From: a virus
DNA length: 64,000 nucleotides
Strand: one strand, 5' to 3'
Virus record (IMG/VR): IMGVR_UViG_3300049893_000724
Coordinates: 1 to 64,000 of that record
Position 1 is the first letter of the stretch. Every line of letters starts with the position of its first letter. This document shows positions 36,308 through 46,060 of this stretch, piece by piece. The notes beneath the pieces are model-generated. The model searched no databases. It saw only the letters and a program-made list of their open reading frames with translations, and had not been told where the DNA came from. Made by a program: the position numbers and the translations under genes.

Positions 36308-36543
36308 TAAACTAGATTTTGCTCCTTCAGGTATTGAACAGTATCAGTGCATCCACCAATATGTTTATCGTCAACAATGACTTGAGGGAAAGTGGAACCC
36401 TCTCCAAATTCTGCGTAAAACTCTTCACGAGTAAAATCTGTATTCAATTTGTAGACAACATGCTGCAACTCTGCTAATTGTAGCACCTGTTCCACTTTTG
36501 TGCAATATGGACAACCATCTTTTGAATAAATTGTGAACTTCAT
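36307..36543 (-). CDS. nrdC: Glutaredoxin (NrdC-like)
   Basis: CPYC active site; TFPQV; IGGC. Confidence 0.9.
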   Translation of the reverse strand: MKFTIYSKDGCPYCTKVEQVLQLAELQHVVYKLNTDFTREEFYAEFGEGSTFPQVIVDDKHIGGCTDTVQYLKEQNLV

Positions 36544-36563
36544 ATCTTTTATAAAACTGAAAT

Positions 36564-36875
36564 TTATTTAGCGTTAACTGGAATCCCTTGTCCTTCAGGG
36601 AGTTTAATTTGTGGGAGTTTTTCTGGTTCACGGACTTCCCAAGAACCACCAACTCCACCGTCCATATTTACAATAATCTCATTGGTTGGTAATGCCTTGG
36701 GTATCTCAACATCAATCACTGGACTCATGAGTGTTTTGTTTTTTACAATCTCACGATTTGGTGTGTCCAGACTCATCACCATTTTTGCATCTTCAAGGTT
36801 ACCACAATCACAAATTTTTTTATGAGTTCTTCTTTCTCTTACTGTGAAATAGTCTTCACTGTTGTACTTGTTCAT
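36564..36875 (-). CDS. Hypothetical protein
   Basis: ORF track, 103 aa. Confidence 0.6.
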   Translation of the reverse strand: MNKYNSEDYFTVRERRTHKKICDCGNLEDAKMVMSLDTPNREIVKNKTLMSPVIDVEIPKALPTNEIIVNMDGGVGGSWEVREPEKLPQIKLPEGQGIPVNAK

Positions 36876-36984
36876 CTTCTAAATTATTTTCCTTATTATA
36901 GGTCTCTTGTGGTTTTCTGTAAAGATTAGGCCAAGTATCTCTAATTATTTCTGCCAACTTGTAAGGTGTTTCTGTTGTTATCAT
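36856..36984 (-). CDS. Hypothetical protein (42 aa)
   Basis: Manually translated MITTETPYKLAEIIRDTWPNLYRKPQ... Confidence 0.55.
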   Translation of the reverse strand: MITTETPYKLAEIIRDTWPNLYRKPQETYNKENNLEDEQVQQ

Positions 36985-37055
36985 AAATCTTGTGATACTG
37001 CTACTATAAACATAAAAATTCCAAAAAGAATAAAAGTAATTAGAATACCAAGCAT

Positions 37056-37080
37056 AAAAAAAGGAGTTCAGAGAACTCCC
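37056..37080 (-). terminator. Rho-independent terminator after psbD
   Basis: GGAGUUC-UCU-GAACUCC followed by U7. Confidence 0.75.
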
Positions 37081-37089
37081 TTATTTAGA

Positions 37090-38151
37090 TCAGAGTGCGT
37101 TGCCTCGTGGCAAGACTTCCTCTGGGAACACAAAGTTCTCGTGAGGTTGGTCTACTGGTGCCATCCACGCACGGAGACCTTCATTGAGAAGGATATTCTT
37201 GGTATAGAAAGTTTCAAACTCGGGGTCTTCTGCTGCTCGAATCTCCTGACTTACAAAGTCGTAAGCACGAAGATTGAGAGCGAGACCAATGATACCAATA
37301 GAAGAAGTCCAGAGACCCATGACGGGAACGAAAAGCATAAAGAAATGAAGCCAACGCTTATTGGAAAAAGCAATCCCAAAAATCTGCGACCAGAAACGGT
37401 TCGCAGTAACCATCGAGTAAGTCTCTTCTTCTTGGGTTGGTTCAAATGCTTTAAAAGTGTTTGCTTTGTCGCCATCTTCAAATAGTGTGTTTTCTACAGT
37501 TGCTCCATGAATCGCACAGAGCAGTGCTCCACCTAGTATACCAGCAACTCCCATCATATGGAAGGGGTTGAGGGTCCAGTTGTGGAAACCCTGAAGGAAC
37601 AATAGGAACCTGAAGATTGCTGCGACACCAAAGGAAGGTGCGAAGAACCAACTGGATTGACCTAGTGGATACATCAGGAAGACGCTGACGAACACAGCGA
37701 TAGGTCCAGAGAATGCGATTGCGTTATAAGGACGAATGCCCACAAGTCGGGCAATCTCAAACTGGCGAAGCATGAATCCGATTAAGCTGAAAGCCCCGTG
37801 GAGCGCCACAAAAGGCCAGAGTCCCCCAAGTTGGACCCAGCGGACGAAATCTCCCTGAGCCTCAGGACCCCATAGGAGTAGGAGAGAATGTCCGAGAGCG
37901 TCAGCAGGAGTAGAAACAGCAGCAGTAAGAAAGTTGCACCCCTCAAGATATGAACTCGCAATGCCGTGGGTGTACCAACTGGTAGCAAAGGTGGTTCCTG
38001 TAAGCCACCCGCCAAGAGCAAGATAAGCTGTAGGGAAAAGGAGAAGGCCAGACCAACCGACAAACACAAACCGATCACGCTTAAGCCAATCATCGAGAAC
38101 ATCGAACCACCCCCGTTGTTGAATAGGTTGTGAAAGTGTAGATGAAACCAT
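37090..38151 (-). CDS. psbD: Photosystem II D2 protein
   Basis: [23 protein letters not shown]...[12 protein letters not shown]. Confidence 0.99.
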   Translation of the reverse strand: MVSSTLSQPIQQRGWFDVLDDWLKRDRFVFVGWSGLLLFPTAYLALGGWLTGTTFATSWYTHGIASSYLEGCNFLTAAVSTPADALGHSLLLLWGPEAQGDFVRWVQLGGLWPFVALHGAFSLIGFMLRQFEIARLVGIRPYNAIAFSGPIAVFVSVFLMYPLGQSSWFFAPSFGVAAIFRFLLFLQGFHNWTLNPFHMMGVAGILGGALLCAIHGATVENTLFEDGDKANTFKAFEPTQEEETYSMVTANRFWSQIFGIAFSNKRWLHFFMLFVPVMGLWTSSIGIIGLALNLRAYDFVSQEIRAAEDPEFETFYTKNILLNEGLRAWMAPVDQPHENFVFPEEVLPRGNAL

Positions 38152-38165
38152 TTATTCCTCCATAG

Positions 38166-38192
38166 AAAAGAAAAGGGGATCCGAAGATCCCC
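38166..38192 (-). terminator. Rho-independent terminator between psbA and psbD
   Basis: GGGGAUC-UUCG-GAUCCCC followed by UUUUCUUUU. Confidence 0.8.
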
Positions 38193-38212
38193 AGTGAATA
38201 TTGGTTGTTAAG

Positions 38213-39292
38213 TCAACCGATTGCAGGTGCAGTGAGAGCAACAGGAGTTGACTCAGCAGCAGCAAGATCCAGAGGGAAGTTGTGTGCGTTCCTCTCGTGC
38301 ATCACCTCCATGCCCAGACCAGCGCGGTTCAGTACATCAGCCCAGGTGTTAAGAACACGACCTTGTGAGTCAATGATCGACTGGTTGAAGTTGAATCCGT
38401 TGAGGTTGAAGGCCATCGTGGAAACACCAAGAGCGGTGAACCAGATACCTACAACAGGCCATGCAGCGAGGAAGAAGTGAAGTGAACGAGAGTTGTTGAA
38501 CGAAGCGTACTGGAAGATCAGACGACCAAAGTAGCCGTGTGCAGCAACGATGTTATAGGTCTCTTCTTCTTGACCGAACTTGTAACCGTAGTTCTGTGAC
38601 TCGTTCTCGGTGGTTTCACGAACCAGCGAGGAAGTAACCAGAGAACCGTGCATAGCACTGAACAAAGAACCACCGAACACACCAGCAACTCCAAGCATAT
38701 GGAAGGGGTGCATCAGGATGTTGTGCTCTGCCTGGAACACAAGCATATAGTTGAACGTACCAGAGATACCCAGAGGCATCGCGTCAGAGAAAGAACCCTG
38801 ACCAAAAGGATACACAAGGAACACTGCGCTTGCAGCAGCAACAGGTGCAGAGTAAGCAACGCAGATCCAAGGACGCATACCCAAACGGTAGGAAAGTTCC
38901 CACTCACGACCCATATAAGCATAGATGCCGATGAGGAAGTGGAAGACTACCAGTTGGAAAGGTCCACCGTTGTAAAGCCACTCATCTAGGGAAGCAGCTT
39001 CCCAGATGGGGTAAAAGTGAAGTCCAATAGCATTGGACGACGGAATCACAGCACCAGAGATGATGTTGTTTCCGTACATGAGTGAACCAGCAACGGGTTC
39101 ACGGATACCATCGATGTCCACAGGAGGAGCAGCGATGAATGCAACGATGAAGCAGATTGTTGCAGCAAGCAGGCAAGGAATCATCAGAACGCCGAACCAA
39201 CCCACATAGAGGCGGTTGTCGGTGCTGGTGATCCACTCGCAGAATTGTTCCCAAGTATTCGATTGTCGTTGTTGAGCGATTGAAGCAGTCAT
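38213..39292 (-). CDS. psbA: Photosystem II D1 protein (no intron)
   Basis: [19 protein letters not shown]...[13 protein letters not shown]. Confidence 0.99.
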   Translation of the reverse strand: MTASIAQQRQSNTWEQFCEWITSTDNRLYVGWFGVLMIPCLLAATICFIVAFIAAPPVDIDGIREPVAGSLMYGNNIISGAVIPSSNAIGLHFYPIWEAASLDEWLYNGGPFQLVVFHFLIGIYAYMGREWELSYRLGMRPWICVAYSAPVAAASAVFLVYPFGQGSFSDAMPLGISGTFNYMLVFQAEHNILMHPFHMLGVAGVFGGSLFSAMHGSLVTSSLVRETTENESQNYGYKFGQEEETYNIVAAHGYFGRLIFQYASFNNSRSLHFFLAAWPVVGIWFTALGVSTMAFNLNGFNFNQSIIDSQGRVLNTWADVLNRAGLGMEVMHERNAHNFPLDLAAAESTPVALTAPAIG

Positions 39293-39304
39293 TTTTTTAA
39301 ACAG

Positions 39305-39375
39305 TTAGTAAGACCATCAGGGGAATGGTGGAGTTACTATGCTCCCCGCACCCTCAGCGGGGATATGAGAGACGT
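39305..39375 (-). ncRNA. Structured psbA leader, likely PhotoRC-II motif
   Basis: Hairpins CCCCGC-UGAGGGU-GCGGGG and ACCAU-UCCCUG-AUGGU with complementary loops (AGGG/CCCU); coordinates approximate. Confidence 0.55.
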
Positions 39376-39455
39376 GATTTATACACCCATAGGTCTCGGT
39401 TAACGGGTGTTTAACAATGTTAAGATTTATGAGAAATCCGTAACATTTGTTTACC

Positions 39456-39489
39456 TATTTATCATACTACGGTTTGTTGCCAGTGTCAA
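39456..39489 (-). promoter_or_regulatory. psbA dual promoter: sigma70-type plus late promoter
   Basis: TTGACA-N17-TATGAT (39489-39461) overlapped by ATAAATA (39462-39456). Confidence 0.75.
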
Positions 39490-39543
39490 CCCTCAAAATG
39501 GGGACATTCTGCTAAATACTTGCAGTGTTTATCACAGAGAAAA

Positions 39544-40005
39544 ATGAAAAGACTTCTACTAGCCTTTTCGTTATTCTTTATCACTCCTGTAAGTGCTGCT
39601 GAAATTACATCAAAAATCACTGACTCTATCCAATTAGGCGTTCAGGGCGCAGCGATTCAAACAGAAAGAGTAGGCGGACAATATGCCGTCTCAGGTACAA
39701 ATATTAATGTCACAACTCTTGGTGGAGTTGGTGGAGCAGGCTCTTATGCTATCAACACAAACGGTCAAGCATTTAGTTTCACTGAATCAACTCGCACTGC
39801 AGATACGGCAGTCACCACTGAAACTGTCTCTGCTGGAGCAATTGCTTCTCCCCACACTTATGGGAGTTCTACTACTCAGTTAGCAGGAGACAAAGGTTCT
39901 CTTGCTGGTACATTGTCACCAACTGGTGTTCCTACTGTAACTGCTGGTGGTCCTGGAACCACTGCTACAGCACAACGTAGTATTGAATTGAGCGTATTCA
40001 AATGA
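39544..40005 (+). CDS. Exported beta-rich hypothetical protein
   Basis: Signal peptide MKRLLLAFSLFFITPVSA; Thr/Gly/Ser-rich; ends ELSVFK. Confidence 0.75.
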   Translation: MKRLLLAFSLFFITPVSAAEITSKITDSIQLGVQGAAIQTERVGGQYAVSGTNINVTTLGGVGGAGSYAINTNGQAFSFTESTRTADTAVTTETVSAGAIASPHTYGSSTTQLAGDKGSLAGTLSPTGVPTVTAGGPGTTATAQRSIELSVFK

Positions 40006-40361
40006 GAAGGACCCTAGTGGCATTGATGCTGCTAGGGTTTTCCTCCCCCGCCATAGCGAATACGGTTGTGCCTAATTTTACAAGGGGGACGATTACAGCA
40101 GAGACCAAATCTCATACTGAAATCATAGAAACCATTAAACAAATAGAGTATACCACTGGAACTTCTTATACTGTCACTGGCACCAATATCAATATCCCCG
40201 GAACTCCTGCTCCAGGAGCGAATTATACGATTGTAAATCAAGGTGCTCCATTCCAGTTTAGTGAAACAACACTTGGACCTGGTGTGGCAAAAGAAACATG
40301 GATCGAAAGAACTACTACAACCGATTCTACAACAAACTCTATATCTGTCTTTACGCAATAG
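40002..40361 (+). CDS. Exported beta-rich hypothetical protein
   Basis: Signal peptide MRRTLVALMLLGFSSPAIA; YTVTGTNINI similar to YAVSGTNINV of the previous gene; ends ISVFTQ. Confidence 0.75.
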   Translation: MRRTLVALMLLGFSSPAIANTVVPNFTRGTITAETKSHTEIIETIKQIEYTTGTSYTVTGTNINIPGTPAPGANYTIVNQGAPFQFSETTLGPGVAKETWIERTTTTDSTTNSISVFTQ

Positions 40362-40879
40362 GACTTTATGTATCGCCAGTGCTGGCTCAAACAGCTCCTA
40401 GTAATACTAATATCGCTGGGCCTTCTGCTAGTGCTACTGGAAACGTTACAAACCAAGCGGTCCAAGTCCTCCAGGGTCCATACGCAATCAACACGTATGG
40501 TTCTGGAGTTAGTTGTCAAGGGCCGACAATGAGTTTGTCTCCATTTGTAATGGGAAGTTTGAATGGAAGTCAAGACCCAACAACATACCAAACTCAAAAC
40601 GGAAATGCCGGATTCTCAATGGGTTTTAACTTTCCTCTTGATGGAAGTCTTACAGAGATATGTAAATCAAGAGCACGAGTAGAAATCTCAAGGCAACAAG
40701 CAGAAGCAGATAAAGCAAGATTAGATTTTGAACTGGTTAGATTATTAAAGTGCGGTGAAGCATTAAAAGCAGGAATCAGTTTTCACCCAGACAGTCCATA
40801 CGCAAAAATATGTGCTGATGTTGTTGTGAGATATCCAAAAATTGCGGATGTTGTCAATGGAAATAAGACCAATAAGTAA
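40298..40879 (+). CDS. Exported hypothetical protein with Cys pairs
   Basis: ..LYAIGLYVSPVLA cleavage-like site; VSCQGPTMSLSPF; C-terminal helical region. Confidence 0.7.
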   Translation: MDRKNYYNRFYNKLYICLYAIGLYVSPVLAQTAPSNTNIAGPSASATGNVTNQAVQVLQGPYAINTYGSGVSCQGPTMSLSPFVMGSLNGSQDPTTYQTQNGNAGFSMGFNFPLDGSLTEICKSRARVEISRQQAEADKARLDFELVRLLKCGEALKAGISFHPDSPYAKICADVVVRYPKIADVVNGNKTNK

Positions 40880-41543
40880 CATCGGTTCTCCAAACATTAA
40901 TATTGCTGGACCTAGTGTTATACCAACAATCAATCCACCAGTCAGCAAGAGTGTAGAAGTTCCCGTTGTACGTGGAATGGATCTTCCTGTGATTCTGATG
41001 CCTGATACCAGAATCAAATATCCAACTGTTGATGTTCCAACTCAAGAAGAGTTTGATGCTGCGGTAAGAGCAGAAAGAGAAAAACAAGCACAGGAACAAC
41101 AAGAGAAGTCAAGAGGACTTCCAGACACAAAACCAGTTGTTCCTCAAGTTCAAGTTCCTGTTATTGATAAACAAGAAAATAAAAATATCGCTGAAGAAAC
41201 TAGTACAAATAATAATCTAGGAGTACCTGTCATTGAAGTACCGATCGTCGGGCAAGTTCCAATACCACCTAAAGAACAAGTTATTCTTGCTGGCACCACT
41301 GCTACTGCTTCTGTTGCTGCGGCTCTTGTTGGCAAATCTTTGGTGGAATGGATGGTAAAGAAGTTTAAACCAGTTGTTGAAAGAATATTCGCACAAATCA
41401 AAAAGGCATTGAATAGGGATGTAACTGACTATGAGTTACAACTATTCTTTGCCTATGAACATCAAAAGAAAGTCAATAAGATTTTAAAGAAAGAGTTTAA
41501 GAAACAAAAGTTAGAGCAATACAAGAAAGCTCATAACAAATGA
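40842..41543 (+). CDS. Pro/Val-rich protein with one hydrophobic helix and basic tail
   Basis: LAGTTATASVAAALVGKSLV helix; last gene of the plus-strand cassette. Confidence 0.7.
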   Translation: MRMLSMEIRPISNIGSPNINIAGPSVIPTINPPVSKSVEVPVVRGMDLPVILMPDTRIKYPTVDVPTQEEFDAAVRAEREKQAQEQQEKSRGLPDTKPVVPQVQVPVIDKQENKNIAEETSTNNNLGVPVIEVPIVGQVPIPPKEQVILAGTTATASVAAALVGKSLVEWMVKKFKPVVERIFAQIKKALNRDVTDYELQLFFAYEHQKKVNKILKKEFKKQKLEQYKKAHNK

Positions 41544-41957
41544 TTATTTCTTACGCTTTGCATCAAGTTCAGCAAAGTTCTTAACTTTTGTTCCACCATC
41601 ATAATTCCAAGCATATCCTTCAGTAATCATTTGATTATTGAGAGATACTGCTTCTCCATTGATAAACAAGTGTCCAATGATTCTACCATACTTTTCAGTA
41701 GAATCTGGAAGTTCTGTCTTAATGATAATATCTTTGGCACCTTCTACTCTGTGCTTGAGCCATTCTTTTGATTCAAGCCCATATTTTTTCTCATTCGCAT
41801 CAGCTGTGCGGCTCTCTGGGGTATCGACACCAGCAAGACGAATTCGCTTAGTAAGGGAGATATCAAAACCCAAATCAATATCAGCGTCAATAGTGTCGCC
41901 ATCTACCACCTTATGAATTTCACGTATTCTATAAATGTAAGGATCCTTGTCTGGCAT
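41544..41957 (-). CDS. Staphylococcal nuclease-like (SNase) protein
   Basis: KVVDGDTID...RIRLAGVDTPES...KYGRIIG...LNNQMITEGYA. Confidence 0.88.
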   Translation of the reverse strand: MPDKDPYIYRIREIHKVVDGDTIDADIDLGFDISLTKRIRLAGVDTPESRTADANEKKYGLESKEWLKHRVEGAKDIIIKTELPDSTEKYGRIIGHLFINGEAVSLNNQMITEGYAWNYDGGTKVKNFAELDAKRKK

Positions 41958-41960
41958 TTG

Positions 41961-42170
41961 TTAGAATAGTTTAAACTTCTCAGTATTTAGTTTAGGAATA
42001 GGCAACTTTTCAAATGCTTTACTTACTTGGTTCTCTACAACCTTACCAACAAACTCTTCTGGGTTGTTAAGAATTGCTTCTGCTCTCTTATAAGTCATAT
42101 AAGCACCATAACAAAGTGCTCCACTAATTGCCAGACTCGTCGCTGACAGAATGATTGCTAGGTTCTTCAT
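41961..42170 (-). CDS. Small membrane-anchored hypothetical protein
   Basis: N-terminal hydrophobic helix. Confidence 0.65.
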   Translation of the reverse strand: MKNLAIILSATSLAISGALCYGAYMTYKRAEAILNNPEEFVGKVVENQVSKAFEKLPIPKLNTEKFKLF

Positions 42171-42280
42171 TTTTCATTTCCTCATTTGCTAATCGTAGTA
42201 TGTAATAGATTATGTACAGAACAAATACTAAACCAACTCCCAAGATTGTAATAACACCATATGGGAAGTCTTGTGGCATC
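42125..42280 (-). CDS. Small membrane protein (51 aa)
   Basis: Manually translated MPQDFPYGVITILGVGLVFVLYIIYYILRLANEEM... Confidence 0.55.
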
Positions 42281-43025
42281 AGTATTTACCCTCTACACAA
42301 TAATCTGCTTTTTTATTTGGAGTATATTCCTTATAACCTTCTTGTGGTTTCATCCATCCACAACCAATCAACCATTCCATCGTAAGTGGTGTCGGTCTGA
42401 TCTGTTCCCACAAAGGACCTTTGGCACACATTTCTAGGTGCTTTGCTGTAGTATTTGATTGTTCCTCTGCCCAGTTTGCATCAGCCTCCCAAGGCACAGC
42501 ACGGGACATTCCCATACTCTCATAAGCAAGTTTTGTATTTTTCATCACCCAAGCAGGAATCTCTGCATCCTGATGAACCTGTGCCATAAAAGATGTTTTG
42601 AGACCGCCACCCATACAGTCCTGAACGACGTGCCATCCTTCGTGACGCATTGTTCCTAGAAATTCTCTAGGGTCTTGAAGGAGAGATTCGTTTACATAGA
42701 AGCGATTGTATTCTGGTTTGTAGAGGCCAACAGTTCTTGGAGTAAAATATCTTGATGGTCCAACATAAACAGGAACACCAAGTTTATCGAGTCCGGCAAG
42801 AATACGTTTGATTTCCTCTCTGAAATTATCAAACTCCTTTCCTTTGATAAGAGCAGAGTCTGGTGTAAGTTGTTCTACACCTTCAGTACATTCTCTTAAA
42901 ATCATACAACCCATCGCTGCCAGACTGTATGCTGGAACGGTGGGTTGTTTTTTGATTATTGTGTTTGCGGTTGATGGAGCAATCAGAGTTAATGATAAAC
43001 CAATTGCTGTGAGGAATTTTTTCAT
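42279..43025 (-). CDS. Exported protein with HExxH zinc-binding motif
   Basis: Signal peptide MKKFLTAIGLSLTLIAPSTA; MRHEGWHVVQD...WEADA; start moved to 43025. Confidence 0.7.
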   Translation of the reverse strand: MKKFLTAIGLSLTLIAPSTANTIIKKQPTVPAYSLAAMGCMILRECTEGVEQLTPDSALIKGKEFDNFREEIKRILAGLDKLGVPVYVGPSRYFTPRTVGLYKPEYNRFYVNESLLQDPREFLGTMRHEGWHVVQDCMGGGLKTSFMAQVHQDAEIPAWVMKNTKLAYESMGMSRAVPWEADANWAEEQSNTTAKHLEMCAKGPLWEQIRPTPLTMEWLIGCGWMKPQEGYKEYTPNKKADYCVEGKY

Positions 43026-43216
43026 TATCGCCCCTCTTGTTGATGTATCCAAACTTTCAAATCTTTTACATACTTTCTTAAGGTTTCTGCTTGAGAAAAG
43101 TGCCACTCATCACCTGTCTTTAGATGCTGTCGCATATGTTCATCAACAGCATCAAGACACTTTTTAATTACAGGGTTCCAAGGTTCCCGTATAGGAGTAT
43201 TCCATTCTCTTGGCAT
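43025..43216 (-). CDS. Hypothetical protein
   Basis: ORF track, 63 aa. Confidence 0.65.
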   Translation of the reverse strand: MPREWNTPIREPWNPVIKKCLDAVDEHMRQHLKTGDEWHFSQAETLRKYVKDLKVWIHQQEGR

Positions 43217-43222
43217 AATACC

Positions 43223-43339
43223 TCATTTTTTCTTTCCACCATTTTTTGCTTTATTTGCATTAGCATTGCCAGAGTTCTGCTTCTTGTTATTAGCAGAGCC
43301 TGCTCCACCTTTTTTTGCTTTGTTTGCGGACTTTGCCAT
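43223..43339 (-). CDS. Small Lys/Asn/Gly-rich basic peptide (38 aa)
   Basis: MAKSANKAKKGGAGSANNKKQNSGNANANKAKNGGKKK; start overlaps upstream TAA. Confidence 0.6.
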   Translation of the reverse strand: MAKSANKAKKGGAGSANNKKQNSGNANANKAKNGGKKK

Positions 43340-43680
43340 TAGGCTCCTGTGCGAGGTTGAACGAATCCTTCCTCAAGTGCTTCAACTCTTTCTTCAAGAC
43401 TTGCAGCAGGTGCTTCAGCGGTAGGTGCTGGTGGTTCTGGTGGGGTTTCTACAACTTCTTCTCTACGTGGTTCTTCTTTCTTTTCGTCTTCATCACCACC
43501 TTTCTTCATCGTATTAATACCGAAAGTCGCAGCGGAGGCAGTAAAGACAGTCGCAATAAAGGTAGGATCCATTTTGGATAACATACCTGCATAACTAGCG
43601 GTAAGAAGAGCAGCAGACCAACTCAAGATAGCAATACGAATAACTTGTCCCATAGCTTTCTCTCTTTTGTTGTTTTCCAT
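43339..43680 (-). CDS. Two-TM membrane protein with acidic tail (holin-like topology)
   Basis: Two hydrophobic helices then charged C-terminus. Confidence 0.65.
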   Translation of the reverse strand: MENNKREKAMGQVIRIAILSWSAALLTASYAGMLSKMDPTFIATVFTASAATFGINTMKKGGDEDEKKEEPRREEVVETPPEPPAPTAEAPAASLEERVEALEEGFVQPRTGA

Positions 43681-43714
43681 CAGTCTGTGCGATGATGTCC
43701 TTTTTATTTAGGAT

Positions 43715-46060
43715 TTAGAACCTAAATTTAACCTTTCCTGCAATAGAGTTAGTTGTAATACCATCACTTACACCGTGAGAACCCTCAACAAATAACATCT
43801 CTTTATAATCAACAGAAACAGTTACGCCATAAGAGTTATCAGTTCCATAGGCACCTTCTACACTCATACCAAATAAGTCCCTCTTCTTACCACCAAATCT
43901 GGTTTCAAGTTTGAGTCCTGCTTCACCAACGTGTGTGGTTTGGTTGTGTGTTTCAACAGTTCTTGCAGACTGAATAGAACCAGTTTCAGTGTATCCATTT
44001 CTCTTTACATTCTGAACGGAGTATCCAACAAATGGATGTAACCATTTTGTAAGATGCAGGTAAAGTCTATTAGATACCCACCACTCATTACCTGTCGTTT
44101 CACCTGCATTATTAAAGACACCCTCTACTGTTCTTGAATAGTTATACTTACTGTTTGCAATCGCAGCATTTGTATTCAGAGTCAGTGTGTTGCCGTGGAA
44201 GGTATTAAAGATACCGTGAATGTCTTTCTTCTGTTTTGCAGTTGAATCAACACCACGAAGATTGATATTTACATTATTATATTGATAACCAACAGTCCAA
44301 CCTTTGGATAAGTCTAACTCAAATCCACCACCGAAGATTTTACTATCAGCGGAATATCCATCAGCATTATATGACTGAATGAATCTGTTGTTCTCAAATA
44401 CTCTGAACTTTTGTTTGGTTCTTGATGGTTCGTGATTGAGAAGTCCATTAATCGCACCACTCATATTATCAAGAACTTCAAGTTGGTCTACACGTCCATA
44501 AAGAGAATCATATGTATGAGTGATTCCTACATCATTCCAGAGTTCGTAGGTAGTAACAGGAGTTCCATTTGTTATTGTATCATTTCCAGATGAATCAGTT
44601 GTCGTTGTAACTGGTGTGGTTACAATCGTTCTCACCATTGGAGTGGTGGTTGTTTTAGTATGATGTCTTGCAATCCTTTGAACTCCACTATTCTCTGATG
44701 GAGTATGCTCCGTAATAGTTACGTTTAGAACTGGAAGAGTCGTAGATACCGCATTAGATATTGCAGCAGAAGGACGGGTGATTGCTGTGGTTTGTAGTGT
44801 GCTCGCAGTTACAGCAGAAGTTCCAGAACCATCAGAAGATGAAGATGTAACTACTGGTGTTCCTGATGAAGTCGTTGTAGTTCCGTCAGACCAGGTGGTG
44901 GTTGTGACTGGTGTGGTGGTTGTGGTGGTGGTTGTAACAGGAATGGTTGTTACAACTGTATCAACATAAGTTCTTACACCTGGATGTCCATCAGAAGAAG
45001 TGAATGTTTCAGTTCTGGTTACATAAGAAGTTTCAGTTCTTGTGGATGATGATGTTGAGGTAGTTACAGAACTTGAAGTTGAAGTTCCTGTTGATGTTGG
45101 TGCTGGGGGTGGAGTTGGTGTTGCTGGTGGTGTTGAACCATCGGCAGAACCAGTATCAGTAACTGTAAATGATGTTGGAGAAGCACCACCTGCTCCACCA
45201 GCAACGGCAGTAGAACCAGCAGCAAATGCAGATGGTCCAAAAATATATGCGTATTGGATATTAATAATGTCTCCAATATTAATACCAGAGAACATAAATG
45301 CAACGCCAATCGTATAATCACCATTACCACTATTCACACCATTATAATAATCAACTGGATTAGTAGTCCAAGCATTACTTACACCAGTATTGGAGTTTGT
45401 TGCTGCTGTGAAAAGTCCAAGTGCATATTTGGATGCAAGTGCTTCTGATAAAACTACATTCGTTGCTGGAATACCACCAGAATATCCCCTGGTATTATTC
45501 GTTGCCGAACTATCGCCCGCTGCTGCTCTTGCATCTGGGTCAGTGAAACGACCAAAGTAAAGAGTTGGAACGGCAACAGAAAACTCTAAACGAGTATTAA
45601 TATCAACAAAGTGCTGACTATCGTTAAATCTTACATCGTGTTCGATATTAAAGTTTGATGTAGAACCAGACCATACAGCACGATTATCATAGGTTACTCC
45701 ACGATATGATACACCAGAATAATCTACGTTTGTTCCTGTGACTGGATTACTTGGTCCGTATGAAGCATTATTGTTAGAGTGATTAAAAATAATCGCACCA
45801 GACGCATCTAAACCCTTAATCGTCCATCCTTCAAATGGAGTTCCTGGTGTGAGGTAATCGTATGCTGGATTAAAAGTGGAAGTACAGGTGGAATCATAGA
45901 GAATACCTGGTGCGGTGTTACCTTGCGAACCAATCGTCCCTCTATCTGATGTACCTATCTTTACACAGTTACCCTGTAAAGTAACATTTCCTGCTAATGC
46001 TGTTGGTGCCCCAAGCAAAAGGGCTGACGCTGCTGCGAGCGCCCTTGTGGTGTAAGACAT
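43715..46060 (-). CDS. Autotransporter-like outer-membrane protein
   Basis: Signal peptide; Thr/Ser/Pro-rich stalk; amphipathic beta-strand C-domain ending GKVKFRF. Confidence 0.75.
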   Translation of the reverse strand: MSYTTRALAAASALLLGAPTALAGNVTLQGNCVKIGTSDRGTIGSQGNTAPGILYDSTCTSTFNPAYDYLTPGTPFEGWTIKGLDASGAIIFNHSNNNASYGPSNPVTGTNVDYSGVSYRGVTYDNRAVWSGSTSNFNIEHDVRFNDSQHFVDINTRLEFSVAVPTLYFGRFTDPDARAAAGDSSATNNTRGYSGGIPATNVVLSEALASKYALGLFTAATNSNTGVSNAWTTNPVDYYNGVNSGNGDYTIGVAFMFSGINIGDIINIQYAYIFGPSAFAAGSTAVAGGAGGASPTSFTVTDTGSADGSTPPATPTPPPAPTSTGTSTSSSVTTSTSSSTRTETSYVTRTETFTSSDGHPGVRTYVDTVVTTIPVTTTTTTTTPVTTTTWSDGTTTTSSGTPVVTSSSSDGSGTSAVTASTLQTTAITRPSAAISNAVSTTLPVLNVTITEHTPSENSGVQRIARHHTKTTTTPMVRTIVTTPVTTTTDSSGNDTITNGTPVTTYELWNDVGITHTYDSLYGRVDQLEVLDNMSGAINGLLNHEPSRTKQKFRVFENNRFIQSYNADGYSADSKIFGGGFELDLSKGWTVGYQYNNVNINLRGVDSTAKQKKDIHGIFNTFHGNTLTLNTNAAIANSKYNYSRTVEGVFNNAGETTGNEWWVSNRLYLHLTKWLHPFVGYSVQNVKRNGYTETGSIQSARTVETHNQTTHVGEAGLKLETRFGGKKRDLFGMSVEGAYGTDNSYGVTVSVDYKEMLFVEGSHGVSDGITTNSIAGKVKFRF

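Noticed and set aside
36907-37485. 192-aa plus-strand ORF and other antisense ORFs over psbD/psbA
   Set aside because: Shadows of strongly biased photosystem genes with no recognisable motifs
37090-39292. Introns or homing endonuclease at psbA/psbD
   Set aside because: Both frames are uninterrupted and the gap is only 61 nt
44560-45200. GTGGT/GTT repeat-like tract as possible DNA repeat array
   Set aside because: Simply encodes the poly-Thr/Ser stalk of the autotransporter; no fixed repeat unit or spacers
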